Assembly: GCA_016789605.1 (NCBI GenBank)
Contig: JAEUQO010000202.1
Span: 421-64,420, forward strand
Length of the DNA: 64,000 nucleotides
Direction: 5' to 3'
Source: Acidobacteriota bacterium
GTDB taxonomy: Bacteria > Acidobacteriota > Blastocatellia > RBC074
Shown: positions 39,131-49,836 of the stretch, one piece after another
Position numbering within the stretch: position 1 is the first letter of the stretch
Layout of the letters: each line of letters begins with the position of its first letter
The notes under the pieces: generated by a model
Told to the model about the DNA's origin: nothing
Seen by the model: the letters and a program-made list of their open reading frames with translations, nothing else
Databases searched by the model: none
Position numbers and translations under genes: made by a program

Positions 39131-42100
39131 ATGACCGCAATTACCAACGCTGCCGCCGAAACCGCTGTGCCCGCCGTGCTGCCCGCTACGTTGCAAGGCT
39201 ATCGGCTGTCGCCGCAACAGCGCCGCGTCTGGCAGCAACAGGAAACAGGGTTCAGCGGATTCGCACAGGTTGTCTGGCGCATCACCGGCGCTTTGCGGCC
39301 AGACCTGTTGTCACGGGCTTTGCGGCAAGCAATGACCAGGCAGCAAATTTTGCGCACGACCTTTCACCGATTGCCGGGCATGACGTTGCCGGTGCAGGTC
39401 ATCAATGAACGAATGCCGCTGCCCTGGGAAGTGCGCGAATTGGCGGCACGACAGGATGAGCGCGAGTCTTTGGTGACAGAGGCGCAGGCAAACGAACAAC
39501 AACGATTGTATGACGCTGACCGTGGGCCGTTGTGGCGGGCGTTGTTATTGTCGTTTTCCGGTCAGGAAAATTTTCTGTTGTTGACGTCTTCCTTGTTGGT
39601 GGCTGATCAACGAACGCTGAACCTGTTGGCGGGTGAATTGGCGCAAGATTGCGCGGCGGCTGCCTGGGACGGGCAAGCAGAAGAGGAAGAGCTCACGCAG
39701 TATGTGCAATTTGCGGAATGGCAAAACGATTTGCTGGAAACGCTGGCTGAAAGCGGCGAAAGCGAGGCGCGCTGGCCGTGGCAACGGGAAAACCCGTCCG
39801 AAGAGTCATGGCTGAAATTGCCCGGTGAATCTTTCTCGCCGATTTCCGCCGCGCCGTTGTTCGCATCATTTTTCAGGGATGTGCCGCCCGCAACGGCGGC
39901 AACGATTGACGCGTTTTGTCGGCGTCAAAACGTGGCGCGCGAAAGCTGTCTGCTTGCTTGTCTGGCGACGCTGGTTTCGCGTTATGGCGCGAGCACCGAA
40001 GTTTTTCTTGGCTGGCAGGCAGATGGGCGAAGCGTTGATGAGTTACAGTCGGCTTGTGGACCTTACGCCAAAATCCTGCCGCTGTTTTTTCAGCTTGATG
40101 CGGCAAGGAGCTTCGCTGACTTCTTATGTGAAGTCGAGGCGCAGCGCCAGGCGACGCGTGCGCGGCAAGATGAATTTTTCTGGGAGCAGTTGCCGTCGGC
40201 TGTCGCCACTGCCTGGCCATTCTGGTTCGCTTTCCACCGCGCAGGTGAACCGCCTTTGCCAATCGCTGGCGAACCGCGCTTTTCCGTGTGGCGACAAGCG
40301 GGACAGCCAGAGCCGGGAAAGCTGGGGCTGGCGATTGACGCCAGCATGGAATCCTGGCGGTTGTGCTGGCATTACGACACGCGCTTTCTGCCTGCCGCCG
40401 TCGTGGAACGAATCGCGGAAGGCTTTGAGGCGCTGCTCAATGATGCGTTGCAACGTCCTGCCGCCGCAATCGGCGCATTGTCCGTTATCGGCGCACAACA
40501 GCGGCAACAATTGCTCACGAGCTTCAACCAAACTGCCGCCGATTACCCGCGCGAACAGTGCATTCATCACCTGATCGAGGCGCAGGCCAGAGAACATCCA
40601 CAACGCATCGCCGTACAGTCAGCAGCCAGCGGCGATACGGCTGCAAGCAGCCTGAGTTACGCCGAACTGAATGCGCGCGCCAATCAGTTGGCCAGACGAT
40701 TGCAAGCGCTGGGCGTTGGCCCGGAAACCATCGTCGGCGTGTGTGTGGAACGCGCACCAGAAATGCTGGTCGGCATTTTGGCCATTCTCAAAGCAGGCGG
40801 CGCATATCTGCCTCTCAATCCCGACCTGCCGCCGGAGCGTCTGGCGTTCATCGTGAATGATGCCGGGGCGAACATTCTTCTGACCAAAGAGCATTTACGC
40901 GCCCGCCTGCCGCAAGCGCCACGGGTGCTTTGCCTGGAGCGCATCAAATATGCCGACGCGGAAGCCGCCCCCCTGCCGAGCGAAGTGAATGCCTCACATC
41001 TTGCTTATGTCATTTACACCTCGGGTTCGACAGGACAGCCCAAAGGCGTGCTCGTCACACATCGCAATCTGGTGCATTCGACGACGGCGCGTTTGCGTTA
41101 TTACCGCGCGCCAATCACCAACTTCATGCTGGTTTCTCCGTTTGCTTTTGACAGTTCGATTGCCGGCATTTTCGGCACGCTATGTCAGGGCGGAACGCTG
41201 ACGCTGGCGCCGGAAAACTTTCAGCAGGATGTGAATCAGTTCGCGGCATTGCTCGACGCGCTTCAGGTTTCGCATTTGCTTTGTATTCCGTCGCTTTATC
41301 AGGCGCTGCTTGATCCGTTGCGCCGTCATGCTCTCTCGGCGTTGCGCACGGTGATTGTGGCCGGCGAATCCTGTGCGCGCCGGTTGGTTAACCGGCACCA
41401 CGAATTGTTTCCCCAGGTCACGCTATGCAACGAATACGGCCCGACGGAAGTCAGTGTCTGGAGCACCGTCGAAGAGTGTTTGCCCGCGGCGGCGGAAGCG
41501 CCCGTGCTTATTGGGCGGCCAATCACCAATACGCAGGCGTATTTGTTGGATGAGCGCGGCCAATTGTCGCCGCTCGGCGCGCTGGGCGAGTTGTATTTGG
41601 GCGGAGAAGGCGTTGCGCGCGGATATTTGCGCCGCCCGGAATTAACGGCGGAAAAATTTGTGCCTCATCCATTCAGCACCCAACCGGGCGCGCGTCTTTA
41701 TCGCACGGGCGATCTGGCGCGGTTTACTGCCGATGGCAAGCTGGAGTTTTTAGGCCGCCGCGATGGTCAGATCAAGCTGCGCGGATTTCGCATCGAACTG
41801 GAAGAGATTGAAAACACATTACGCCAGCATCCGGCCTTACAAGACGCCGTCGTGGCGGTTAAACCGCTGGCCGTGTCTTCAGCCGTTGAGCCTGATGGAT
41901 TGGCAGATGCAAAGGCCGAAATTGACTTGGCGCGTTTGGTGGCGGAGCTGGAAGCTTTGTCAGAAAACGAAGCGGAGCTTGCCTTGCAGGCTGGGCCTCG
42001 CGCCGAGAACAACAACGCCGCTTCCGTTAATCGGCGCGTACGCCGTGCGTCGCGGTTTGAACTTTCGTTGGAGCTGAAAGACGACGCTTTCATCCGCCCG

Positions 42101-42826
42101 CCGCGCGACACGCAACGCGAATGGTTACTGAATCAGGCCCTCAGCGAATTTGCCGAAGACTTGTCACAACTCGACCGGCTGGCGGCGCGTTTTGTGCCTG
42201 GCGCGGCAACCGATTGGCAAACGCTTGCCCGGGATCGTTCACAGGTGGCGCTCAGCGCACAGGAAATCATGGAAGATTGGCAAATTCCTGTGTTGCGTGT
42301 GATGGCGGAAACGGTCGGCGCGCAGGCCGGTCACATTCTCGAAATCGGATTTGGGCGCGGCATCTCGGCCTCGCTGATTCAGCAATACGATGTCGCGTCG
42401 CACACGATCATCGAATGTAACGAACACGTGGTCGAACACTATTTCCGCCCCTGGCAGCAACGTTACCCGGGGCGCGACATTCGCCTGTGCCAGGCCAAAT
42501 GGCAGGATGTGACGGCGCAACTGGGCATATACGACGCCATTCTTTTTCACGCCTATCCGCTTACTCCTCACGAAGTGCAGCAGAACGCCGCGGGCGTTGC
42601 GACATTCGCGGGCGATTTTTTCGCCGTCGCCGCCGCGCATTTACAACCCAACGGTGTGTTCACGTATTTGTCGCACGAGATGGATTCGCTCAGCCGCCGC
42701 CACCAGCGCTTGCTGTTGACGCATTTCCGCTCGTTCAGCGTCAGTGTGATGCCGCTGGAACTGCCCGCCGATTGTCGCGACTGGTGGTGGGCGGACGTGA
42801 TGGCGATTGTCACCGCACGGAAATAG
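39131..42826 (+). CDS. NRPS: interface-type C, A-core (His-like code), docking helix, GAMT-like methyltransferase
   Basis: GYRLSPQQRRVW and degenerate SSLLVADQR; A code DSALIAEVW; A stops after the A8 region; MT motifs IMEDWQIP, ILEIGFGRG and HTIIECN. Confidence 0.88.
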   Translation: MTAITNAAAETAVPAVLPATLQGYRLSPQQRRVWQQQETGFSGFAQVVWRITGALRPDLLSRALRQAMTRQQILRTTFHRLPGMTLPVQVINERMPLPWEVRELAARQDERESLVTEAQANEQQRLYDADRGPLWRALLLSFSGQENFLLLTSSLLVADQRTLNLLAGELAQDCAAAAWDGQAEEEELTQYVQFAEWQNDLLETLAESGESEARWPWQRENPSEESWLKLPGESFSPISAAPLFASFFRDVPPATAATIDAFCRRQNVARESCLLACLATLVSRYGASTEVFLGWQADGRSVDELQSACGPYAKILPLFFQLDAARSFADFLCEVEAQRQATRARQDEFFWEQLPSAVATAWPFWFAFHRAGEPPLPIAGEPRFSVWRQAGQPEPGKLGLAIDASMESWRLCWHYDTRFLPAAVVERIAEGFEALLNDALQRPAAAIGALSVIGAQQRQQLLTSFNQTAADYPREQCIHHLIEAQAREHPQRIAVQSAASGDTAASSLSYAELNARANQLARRLQALGVGPETIVGVCVERAPEMLVGILAILKAGGAYLPLNPDLPPERLAFIVNDAGANILLTKEHLRARLPQAPRVLCLERIKYADAEAAPLPSEVNASHLAYVIYTSGSTGQPKGVLVTHRNLVHSTTARLRYYRAPITNFMLVSPFAFDSSIAGIFGTLCQGGTLTLAPENFQQDVNQFAALLDALQVSHLLCIPSLYQALLDPLRRHALSALRTVIVAGESCARRLVNRHHELFPQVTLCNEYGPTEVSVWSTVEECLPAAAEAPVLIGRPITNTQAYLLDERGQLSPLGALGELYLGGEGVARGYLRRPELTAEKFVPHPFSTQPGARLYRTGDLARFTADGKLEFLGRRDGQIKLRGFRIELEEIENTLRQHPALQDAVVAVKPLAVSSAVEPDGLADAKAEIDLARLVAELEALSENEAELALQAGPRAENNNAASVNRRVRRASRFELSLELKDDAFIRPPRDTQREWLLNQALSEFAEDLSQLDRLAARFVPGAATDWQTLARDRSQVALSAQEIMEDWQIPVLRVMAETVGAQAGHILEIGFGRGISASLIQQYDVASHTIIECNEHVVEHYFRPWQQRYPGRDIRLCQAKWQDVTAQLGIYDAILFHAYPLTPHEVQQNAAGVATFAGDFFAVAAAHLQPNGVFTYLSHEMDSLSRRHQRLLLTHFRSFSVSVMPLELPADCRDWWWADVMAIVTARK

Positions 42827-42846
42827 GAGCCGCAAGAGATTGCTTT

Positions 42847-45800
42847 ATGGAACTTCATCAACGGATTGCCGCGCTTTCGCCGATCAAAAAAAGATTGTTT
42901 GAGTTTCGCTTGCAGCAGGAGCGTGACGCGAGCTCGCCTTTGCCCGTTGGCGCACGCACGCCGAAATCCAGAAACGATGGCAGCGATGAAAATGGCCAGC
43001 TTGTGGCGTATTTGGCGCCGCGTGCCGATTACGCCGCCGACCCGGAACGATTGATTGCAGATGTGCGGCGTTCGCTGCAAGACAAGCTGCCCGCGCCGAT
43101 GCAGCCAGCCGTTTATCTGGTGCTGGAGCGTTTGCCGCTGACACCAAACGGCAAGGTGGATCGTCGTGCGCTGCCCGCGCCGCGCGCCGCAGGTTCTGCC
43201 GCGCCTATGCCTGAGACCGACGCGAAAGCGCCGCGCACTGAGCTGGAACGCGTATTGGCCGAAGTCTGGCGCGAAACGCTGGGCGTGGCTGAACTCGGTA
43301 TTCACGATAATTTCTTTGCGCTCGGCGGAGATTCGATCAAAGGCATTGTGCTCATCAATCGCATTCAAGAGCGGCTGGGGAAACAGGTTCAGGTTGTCGC
43401 TTTGTTGCAATCGCCAACGATTGCGGCGCTCGCGGCTTCCTTGAGCCAGCAGTATCAGGATTTGCTGAACGCGCCCTCACTTCTCCCTACCGCTGCGCCG
43501 GTTGCTGCGCGAGTTGGCGAGCTGCGCCAGATTCAGGCTGTGAGGCGTCACCCGGAAATGGCTTTTCCGCTGTCATCGGCACAGCGGCGCTTGTGGTTTT
43601 TGAATCAACTGGAACCTGACAGTTCGGTTTACAACGTGAGCGCGGCGTTTCGGCTGCGCGGGCAATTCGATCCGCAGGCATTGCGGCTGAGTCTGCAAGC
43701 GCTGGCGCGGCGACATGAAATTCTGCGCACGGTGTTTGTGGAAGTTGACGGTTTGCCGTTGCAGCGCGTGTTGCCAGAACTCGAATTGGATGTGCAAACG
43801 CTTGATTTGCGAGCTCTGCCCGAAGCCGAACGCGAACAGCTCGCTCGACAGGAAGCCACCCGTGAAATCGCCAGGCCCTTTGATCTGGCGCGGGGGCCGT
43901 TGTTGCGATTACGCATATGGCAGCTTGATGAGGAAGAGCGTATCGCGCTTCTGTGCCTGCATCACATCATTTCTGACGGTTGGTCGGTCGAAGTGTTGAT
44001 GCGCGAACTCAGCGCGCTTTACGAAGCCGAAGTGACCGGGCGCAGCGCCGCACTACCCGAACTGACAATTCAATACGCCGATTATGCGTTGTGGCAGCGG
44101 CAACGACTGGCGTCAGGTGAACTAGCAGAGCAGCTTGCTTACTGGCAAAAGCAACTCGGCGGCGAGTTGCCTGATTTGGACTTGCCGCCGGATCGGCCTC
44201 GCCCATCGCAACCGACGTATAACGGCGCGCAATGCAAACACACGCTCGATGCGCAGTTGGCAAAGAAACTCAGCGACGTTGCCCGGCAGGCGCAGACGAC
44301 GAACTTCACGGTCTACCTTACCGCCTTTGGTTGTTTGTTACAGCGCTATTCCGGGCAGGAACAGATCGTGCTTGGCTGCCCGCTGGCTGATCGCCAAACA
44401 CCGCAAACCGAACCGCTGATCGGCCTTTTCGTCAACCCGCTGGCGCTGCGGATTGATCTGCGCGGTGCGTGCACGTTTGCCGAAGCATTGTCGCGAGTTC
44501 GTCAGGTCGTGCAGGAAGCGCGCGCGCATCAGGATGTTCCTTTTGAAAAACTGGTTGAGGAATTCCAGGTCGCGCGCCGCACGGATCGTCAGCCGATTTT
44601 TCAAGCCATGTTTGTTTTGCACGCCGACCCCGCGCCCGGATTTCAGCTTGCCGGAGTGCGCGTGACGCCGCTGGAAACGCTGCAGCACACCGCAAAATTC
44701 GAGTTGACCTTGTCCGTGCTCGAAGCCGAAAGCGGAACGACGGCGGTGTTGGAATACAACACGGATTTGTTTGAAGCCGCGACCGCAGAGCGAATGTTGG
44801 CGCATTACCGCAATTTGTTGCTGGCTGTGGCGGCTGACCCGCAGACAGAGCTGGCTGCCTTGCCGCTGCTTTCGGCGGAGGAGCAGCAACAACTTTTGCG
44901 CGACTGGAATGCGACTGAAACAGGCTTTGCCAGGGCGGGGTACGTTCCCGATCTGATTGCACAAATAGCGGCGCAAACGCCGCAACAACTCGCGGTGGCT
45001 GATGGAAGTGCGCAACTGAGTTATGCCGAGCTCAATACGCGCGCCAATCAGTTGGCGCACCTGTTGCAGGGGCTGGGCGTCGGCCCCGAAATTTGCGTGG
45101 GCGTTTGCCTGGAACGTTCAGCCGACTGGATTGTCAGTCTGTTGGCCGTGTTGAAAGCAGGAGGCGCCTATTTGCCGCTTGACCCTGCTTACCCGGCGGA
45201 GCGAATTCAATTTCTGGCGGCTGATGCCAATGCCGCAGTGGTCATCACGCACAGCACATTGGCGCACTGGTTCACCGGAGCTGATGCAAAGCTGGTTCAG
45301 CTAGATGCTGATTGCGCGAAGATTGCGCAACAGTCCATAGAGAATCCGCCGCATCGGTTGGCAGCAGAGAATCTGGCCTATGTGATTTACACCTCTGGTT
45401 CGACGGGGCAACCCAAAGGCGTCGAAATCAGCCAGAGCGCGTTGCGCAATCTGCTTGGCTGGCATCAACAAACGTATGGCATCAGCGCGACAGATCGTGC
45501 CAGCCAACTGGCAGGCATCGGGTTTGATGCCGCCGTCTGGGAAATCTGGCCGTATCTGACGGTCGGCGCGAGCATTCATTTGCCCGCGGAAGACGTCCGT
45601 CTTGACCCGGTGAGATTACGCGACTGGATCGTGACACAGGCGATTACCAGCTGTTTTGCGCCCACGCCACTGGCGGAAAGTTTGTTGGCGTTGCCCTGGC
45701 CAGACAATACGCTGCGCCGCTTACTGACGGGCGGAGATCGTCTGCGAAGCTATGCGCCGTCCGGCGTCACGTTTCAACTCGTTAATCATTATGGCCCGAC

Positions 45801-48204
45801 CGAAAATGCGGTTGTTGCGACTGCGGGGATCATCGGGCAGCAACCGGATGATGTTATCCGCCCGCCCGCGCTCGGCAAGCCGATCGCCAACAATCAGATT
45901 TATGTGCTGGATCGGCAGTTGCGCCCGGTTCCGCAAGGAGTCATTGGCGAATTGTATATCGGCGGTCGCAGCCTGGCGCGCGGTTATCGTGGCCGGGCAG
46001 ACAGCACGGCAGAGCGTTTTTCGCCCAATCCTTTTGGCGAATCGTCAACCGTTTCTGCCGGAACGCGGCTTTATCGCACCGGAGACCTGGTTCGGTATCG
46101 CGCTGACGGCGCGCTGGAATTTGTCGGGCGTGCTGACCAGCAAGTAAAAATTCGCGGGCATCGCATTGAACTGGCAGAGATCGAACAGGCTTTGCTGGCA
46201 CATCCGGCGGTGCGTGAATGCGCCGTTGTCTTGCCGCACACGACCGCTGGCGAGGCGCGCCTCAACGCGTTTTGGGTTGCGCAAATACCTGCCAACGCGT
46301 CTTTGGACGCCCTGACTCTGCGCCGGTTTTTGCGCGACAAACTGCCTGATTTCATGTTGCCGGCAGACTTCATGCGGTTGGATGCGCTCCCGTTGACGTC
46401 GCACGGCAAACTGGACCGGCGCGCACTATCAGCCATCATTTCGACGTCAGGTCACCACGCCGGGCAAAGCGGGCCGCCGCGCAATCCCGTCGAAGCCATC
46501 ATTGCGCATATCTGGGAAGAAGTTTTGCGGGTCGAATCAGTCGGTGCGGGTGACGATTTTTTTGCCTTGGGCGGGCATTCATTGTTGGCGACCCAAATTG
46601 TCTCGCGGTTGCGCGACGCGTTTGGCGTGGAATTGCCGTTGCGCGAGCTGTTCCTTTCGCCAACGGTGGCTGGCGTTGCTGAGAAAGTCGCCGCATTGCG
46701 CCGGGGCGAATTGTCCGCGCCGCCGCTGTCAGCCCAACCGCGTCCGGGTGAATTTCCGCTTTCATTTGCGCAACAGCGCTTGTGGTTTGTTCAGCGCCTG
46801 GCTCCCAATTCGAGCAGCAACAATATTGCGACAGCCGTGCGCATCAAAGGCGCGTTGGATACGGCGGCGATGGAACAAAGTCTGAGAGAAATCATCCGCC
46901 GACATGAAGTTCTGCGCACGGTTTTCCCTGAACGCGAGGGCCAGCCTCAGCAACTGATTCTGCCGATTTCATCGGTAACCTGCCGCCTGCCGGTGGTAGA
47001 CCTGCAAGAGCTGGCAGAGACGCAACGCGAAGCGGAAGCGCGTCGCCGCGCCGTGCAAGAAGCGCAACAGCCGTTTGATCTGGCTGTCGGACCACTGCTC
47101 CGCGCGACGTTGTTGCGACTGGACGAGCGAGAGCACGTTCTGCTGTTGAGCATGCATCACATCATTTCTGACGGCTGGTCGTTCGGCATCTTGATTCGCG
47201 AATTGACCGCGCTTTACCGCGCTTACACAAAACAATTGCCTTCGCCGTTGCCAGAGCTTCCGCTTCAATATGCCGATTTCGCCGCCTGGCAACGGCGCTG
47301 GCTGCAAGCAGAAGCGCTGGAACGACAGTTGGCGTACTGGCGCAAACAGCTTCAAGGGGTGCCTGTGTTGGAACTGCCGACCGACCGGCCTCGTCCCCCG
47401 ATACAACGTTTCAACGGCGCTACGTATTCCTTCCTGGTTGAGCCTGAAACCCTGACCGCATTGCAGTCTTTGAGCCGTCGCGAAAGCGTCACGCTATTCA
47501 TCGTGTTGCTGGCGGCATTCAAAACGCTGCTTCACCAGAAAACACAACAGGACGACATCGTGCTTGGCGCGGACATCGCCAACCGCAACCGCACCGAGAC
47601 GGAAGGGCTGATCGGGTTTTTCGTCAATATGCTTGTGTTGCGCACAAACCTGGCCGGTGATCCTGATTTTGGCACGCTGCTGCGGCGCGTGCGCGAGGTT
47701 GCGCTCGACGCGTACGCTCATCAGGACGCGCCGTTTGAAAAACTGGTCGAAGCATTGCACGCGCCGCGCGATTTAAGCCGCAACCCGCTTTTTCAGATTG
47801 CTTTTGTCTTGCAGAACACGCCGACGGCGGAAGCCGCTATCCCCGAACTCGAATTGATTCCGCTCGAAGTGGACAGCGGAACCGTGCCGTTTGATCTGGT
47901 GTTGTCCTTGCGCGAGGAACCGGCGGGGTTGTGCGGGATGCTTTCTTACAGCACGGACCTGTTTGACTCGGCCACCATCGCGCAGATGGCGCAGCAATTT
48001 CAGACCTTGTTGCGGCGCATCGCTGCCAACCCCGAAGAACGCCTTTCGCAGTTGTTGCGCGACACATCCGCCGCTGCAACGGAAAACCGTGGTCGCGCGC
48101 CAGAACGCTTTGCCAGAGTAAGGCTGGATGCGCAAACGCTGGCGCAGGTCGCCGCAGAGATAAACGAGCGGGCGGTGAACGCTCCGCAAGGAGCAGGGGA
48201 CTGA
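42847..48204 (+). CDS. NRPS: A-subdomain (A9-A10)-T-C-A(Leu-like)-T-C
   Basis: ATG 42847; LSPIKKRLFE docking helix, QLVAY..LPLTPNGKVDRRALP, T GGDSIKG, C HHIISDGWS, A code DAWFLGHVVK, T GGHSLLA, terminal C HHIISDGWS. Confidence 0.92.
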   Translation: MELHQRIAALSPIKKRLFEFRLQQERDASSPLPVGARTPKSRNDGSDENGQLVAYLAPRADYAADPERLIADVRRSLQDKLPAPMQPAVYLVLERLPLTPNGKVDRRALPAPRAAGSAAPMPETDAKAPRTELERVLAEVWRETLGVAELGIHDNFFALGGDSIKGIVLINRIQERLGKQVQVVALLQSPTIAALAASLSQQYQDLLNAPSLLPTAAPVAARVGELRQIQAVRRHPEMAFPLSSAQRRLWFLNQLEPDSSVYNVSAAFRLRGQFDPQALRLSLQALARRHEILRTVFVEVDGLPLQRVLPELELDVQTLDLRALPEAEREQLARQEATREIARPFDLARGPLLRLRIWQLDEEERIALLCLHHIISDGWSVEVLMRELSALYEAEVTGRSAALPELTIQYADYALWQRQRLASGELAEQLAYWQKQLGGELPDLDLPPDRPRPSQPTYNGAQCKHTLDAQLAKKLSDVARQAQTTNFTVYLTAFGCLLQRYSGQEQIVLGCPLADRQTPQTEPLIGLFVNPLALRIDLRGACTFAEALSRVRQVVQEARAHQDVPFEKLVEEFQVARRTDRQPIFQAMFVLHADPAPGFQLAGVRVTPLETLQHTAKFELTLSVLEAESGTTAVLEYNTDLFEAATAERMLAHYRNLLLAVAADPQTELAALPLLSAEEQQQLLRDWNATETGFARAGYVPDLIAQIAAQTPQQLAVADGSAQLSYAELNTRANQLAHLLQGLGVGPEICVGVCLERSADWIVSLLAVLKAGGAYLPLDPAYPAERIQFLAADANAAVVITHSTLAHWFTGADAKLVQLDADCAKIAQQSIENPPHRLAAENLAYVIYTSGSTGQPKGVEISQSALRNLLGWHQQTYGISATDRASQLAGIGFDAAVWEIWPYLTVGASIHLPAEDVRLDPVRLRDWIVTQAITSCFAPTPLAESLLALPWPDNTLRRLLTGGDRLRSYAPSGVTFQLVNHYGPTENAVVATAGIIGQQPDDVIRPPALGKPIANNQIYVLDRQLRPVPQGVIGELYIGGRSLARGYRGRADSTAERFSPNPFGESSTVSAGTRLYRTGDLVRYRADGALEFVGRADQQVKIRGHRIELAEIEQALLAHPAVRECAVVLPHTTAGEARLNAFWVAQIPANASLDALTLRRFLRDKLPDFMLPADFMRLDALPLTSHGKLDRRALSAIISTSGHHAGQSGPPRNPVEAIIAHIWEEVLRVESVGAGDDFFALGGHSLLATQIVSRLRDAFGVELPLRELFLSPTVAGVAEKVAALRRGELSAPPLSAQPRPGEFPLSFAQQRLWFVQRLAPNSSSNNIATAVRIKGALDTAAMEQSLREIIRRHEVLRTVFPEREGQPQQLILPISSVTCRLPVVDLQELAETQREAEARRRAVQEAQQPFDLAVGPLLRATLLRLDEREHVLLLSMHHIISDGWSFGILIRELTALYRAYTKQLPSPLPELPLQYADFAAWQRRWLQAEALERQLAYWRKQLQGVPVLELPTDRPRPPIQRFNGATYSFLVEPETLTALQSLSRRESVTLFIVLLAAFKTLLHQKTQQDDIVLGADIANRNRTETEGLIGFFVNMLVLRTNLAGDPDFGTLLRRVREVALDAYAHQDAPFEKLVEALHAPRDLSRNPLFQIAFVLQNTPTAEAAIPELELIPLEVDSGTVPFDLVLSLREEPAGLCGMLSYSTDLFDSATIAQMAQQFQTLLRRIAANPEERLSQLLRDTSAAATENRGRAPERFARVRLDAQTLAQVAAEINERAVNAPQGAGD

Positions 48205-48213
48205 GAAGTCACT

Positions 48214-49836
48214 ATGTGGCGCAACGAATCACTTTATCTGAAACCGGATGTCTTGCTGGAACCGCTGTTCAACCAATGGTATGCCTGGCCGTATTTGATC
48301 GCTCCTGCGTCAGCGGCGATGTATGTCGCCAATCAACATCTCAAGCTGATGCAATCGTTCGTGGCTGCACCGCAAACGCATCAAGCGGCATTACGCAACC
48401 CGGCGTTGCTGGGCGGCCCGTTTCTGAATTGCGACCCCAGGCACGCGCCCGAAGTGAAGTCGTTGTGGGAACGTACCATCAAAGAGCAGCAGCCGTTGCT
48501 GGCGTTGGCCGAATCCATACGGGCGCTGGATCAGTTGCTTGACGAAGAGGCGCTGGGGCTGTCGCTGTCGCCATTGTATGCGCGCGTGCCTGAGCCGCTG
48601 CGCGGTTGCGTCGAACTGGTGTATGACGCCAATCACCGCCCGTCGGCGCGGCTTATCGAAGGCTTGCTTTACCAAAGCCAGTATTACAACCCGGCGGCGC
48701 AAAGTTTACTGCTGTGGCGCGCGGCGCAGGATGCGCGCTCGTTCGTTTTTAGCACGCCGCGTTTGCCAGAAACGCGTCAGCTTCAGCTTTCATTGCCGTT
48801 TGCCCATGCCGGTCTGGACGAACTTTTCAAGATGAGGCGCACGCCTCAACGCCATGGTTTCATCAAAGAGCAGTTGGCCATTCCAGACACAGACGATGAA
48901 TTGTTTGCCGATCTGTTTACTGACGCGCCGCCGCCGGCGCCCGCCAGCTATCAAGGCGCGGGCGTCCGCATTCGCTATTTCGGCCACGCGTGTTTGCTGA
49001 TCGAAACCGCTGAAGTCTCGCTTCTATGCGATCCGGCAATTAGTTATGGCGGCGCGCCGGACATTGAGCGCTTTACCTTTGCCGATCTGCCGGCACGCCT
49101 GGATTACGTGCTGATCACGCACAACCACCAGGATCATTGTTTGCTGGAAACGTTGCTGCAATTGCGCCCGCAGATCGGCACTTTGGTTGTGCCTAAAAAC
49201 AACGGCGGCAGTTTGGTTGACCCTTCGTTGAAACTGGCCCTGCGGCAAATCGGTTTTCGCAACGTGATCGAACTCGACGAAATGGAGTCGTTGGAAATGT
49301 CCGGCGGGCAAATCATCGGCGTGCCATTTTTGGGCGAACACGCTGATCTGGGGATTCGCTCCAAACTGGCTTACTGGATTGCCGTGAAAGGCCAGCGCCT
49401 GCTCTGTGTCGCCGATTCAGAGAATCTCGAGCCAAAATTATATGAACGCATTGCAAACGTTTTGGGCCCGGCTGATGTGCTGTTTGTCGGAATGGAATGT
49501 GACGGCGCGCCGCTCAGCTGGCTTTACGGCGCACTGTTGACCAAACCGCTCTCGCGCAAAATGGATCAGACGCGTCGCTCAAACGGCTCGGATTTTTTGC
49601 AAGCGCAGGCGCTGGTCGAGCAATTGTCGCCCACTCAGGTTTATGTGTATGCGATGGGGCAGGAACCCTGGCTTACCTATCTGACTTCGTTGCGTTACAC
49701 CCCCACGTCGCGCCCGATCGTCGAATCCAACCAACTCATTGATGCTTGCCGTCAGCGCGGTGTAACGGCAGAGCGGCTTTACGGACAGAAAGAAATTCAT
49801 TTGCCGCCGCGCACGTCAAGGAAAGAGGACAAATGA
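48214..49836 (+). CDS. Metallo-beta-lactamase-fold diiron amino-acid beta-hydroxylase (CmlA-like)
   Basis: 540 aa; N-terminal EPLFNQWYAW and LLGGPF, YFGHAC, THNHQDH, PFLGEHADL, GMECDGAPLSW and YAMGQEPWL, all recalled as CmlA-family motifs. Confidence 0.82.
   Translation: MWRNESLYLKPDVLLEPLFNQWYAWPYLIAPASAAMYVANQHLKLMQSFVAAPQTHQAALRNPALLGGPFLNCDPRHAPEVKSLWERTIKEQQPLLALAESIRALDQLLDEEALGLSLSPLYARVPEPLRGCVELVYDANHRPSARLIEGLLYQSQYYNPAAQSLLLWRAAQDARSFVFSTPRLPETRQLQLSLPFAHAGLDELFKMRRTPQRHGFIKEQLAIPDTDDELFADLFTDAPPPAPASYQGAGVRIRYFGHACLLIETAEVSLLCDPAISYGGAPDIERFTFADLPARLDYVLITHNHQDHCLLETLLQLRPQIGTLVVPKNNGGSLVDPSLKLALRQIGFRNVIELDEMESLEMSGGQIIGVPFLGEHADLGIRSKLAYWIAVKGQRLLCVADSENLEPKLYERIANVLGPADVLFVGMECDGAPLSWLYGALLTKPLSRKMDQTRRSNGSDFLQAQALVEQLSPTQVYVYAMGQEPWLTYLTSLRYTPTSRPIVESNQLIDACRQRGVTAERLYGQKEIHLPPRTSRKEDK

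Noticed and set aside
42487-42846. Longer upstream starts in the ORF track (42487, and similarly 25828, 37026, 39071, 49746, 57991, 59657)
   Set aside because: The extensions overlap upstream genes or lack family features; downstream starts fit RBS or domain boundaries better.
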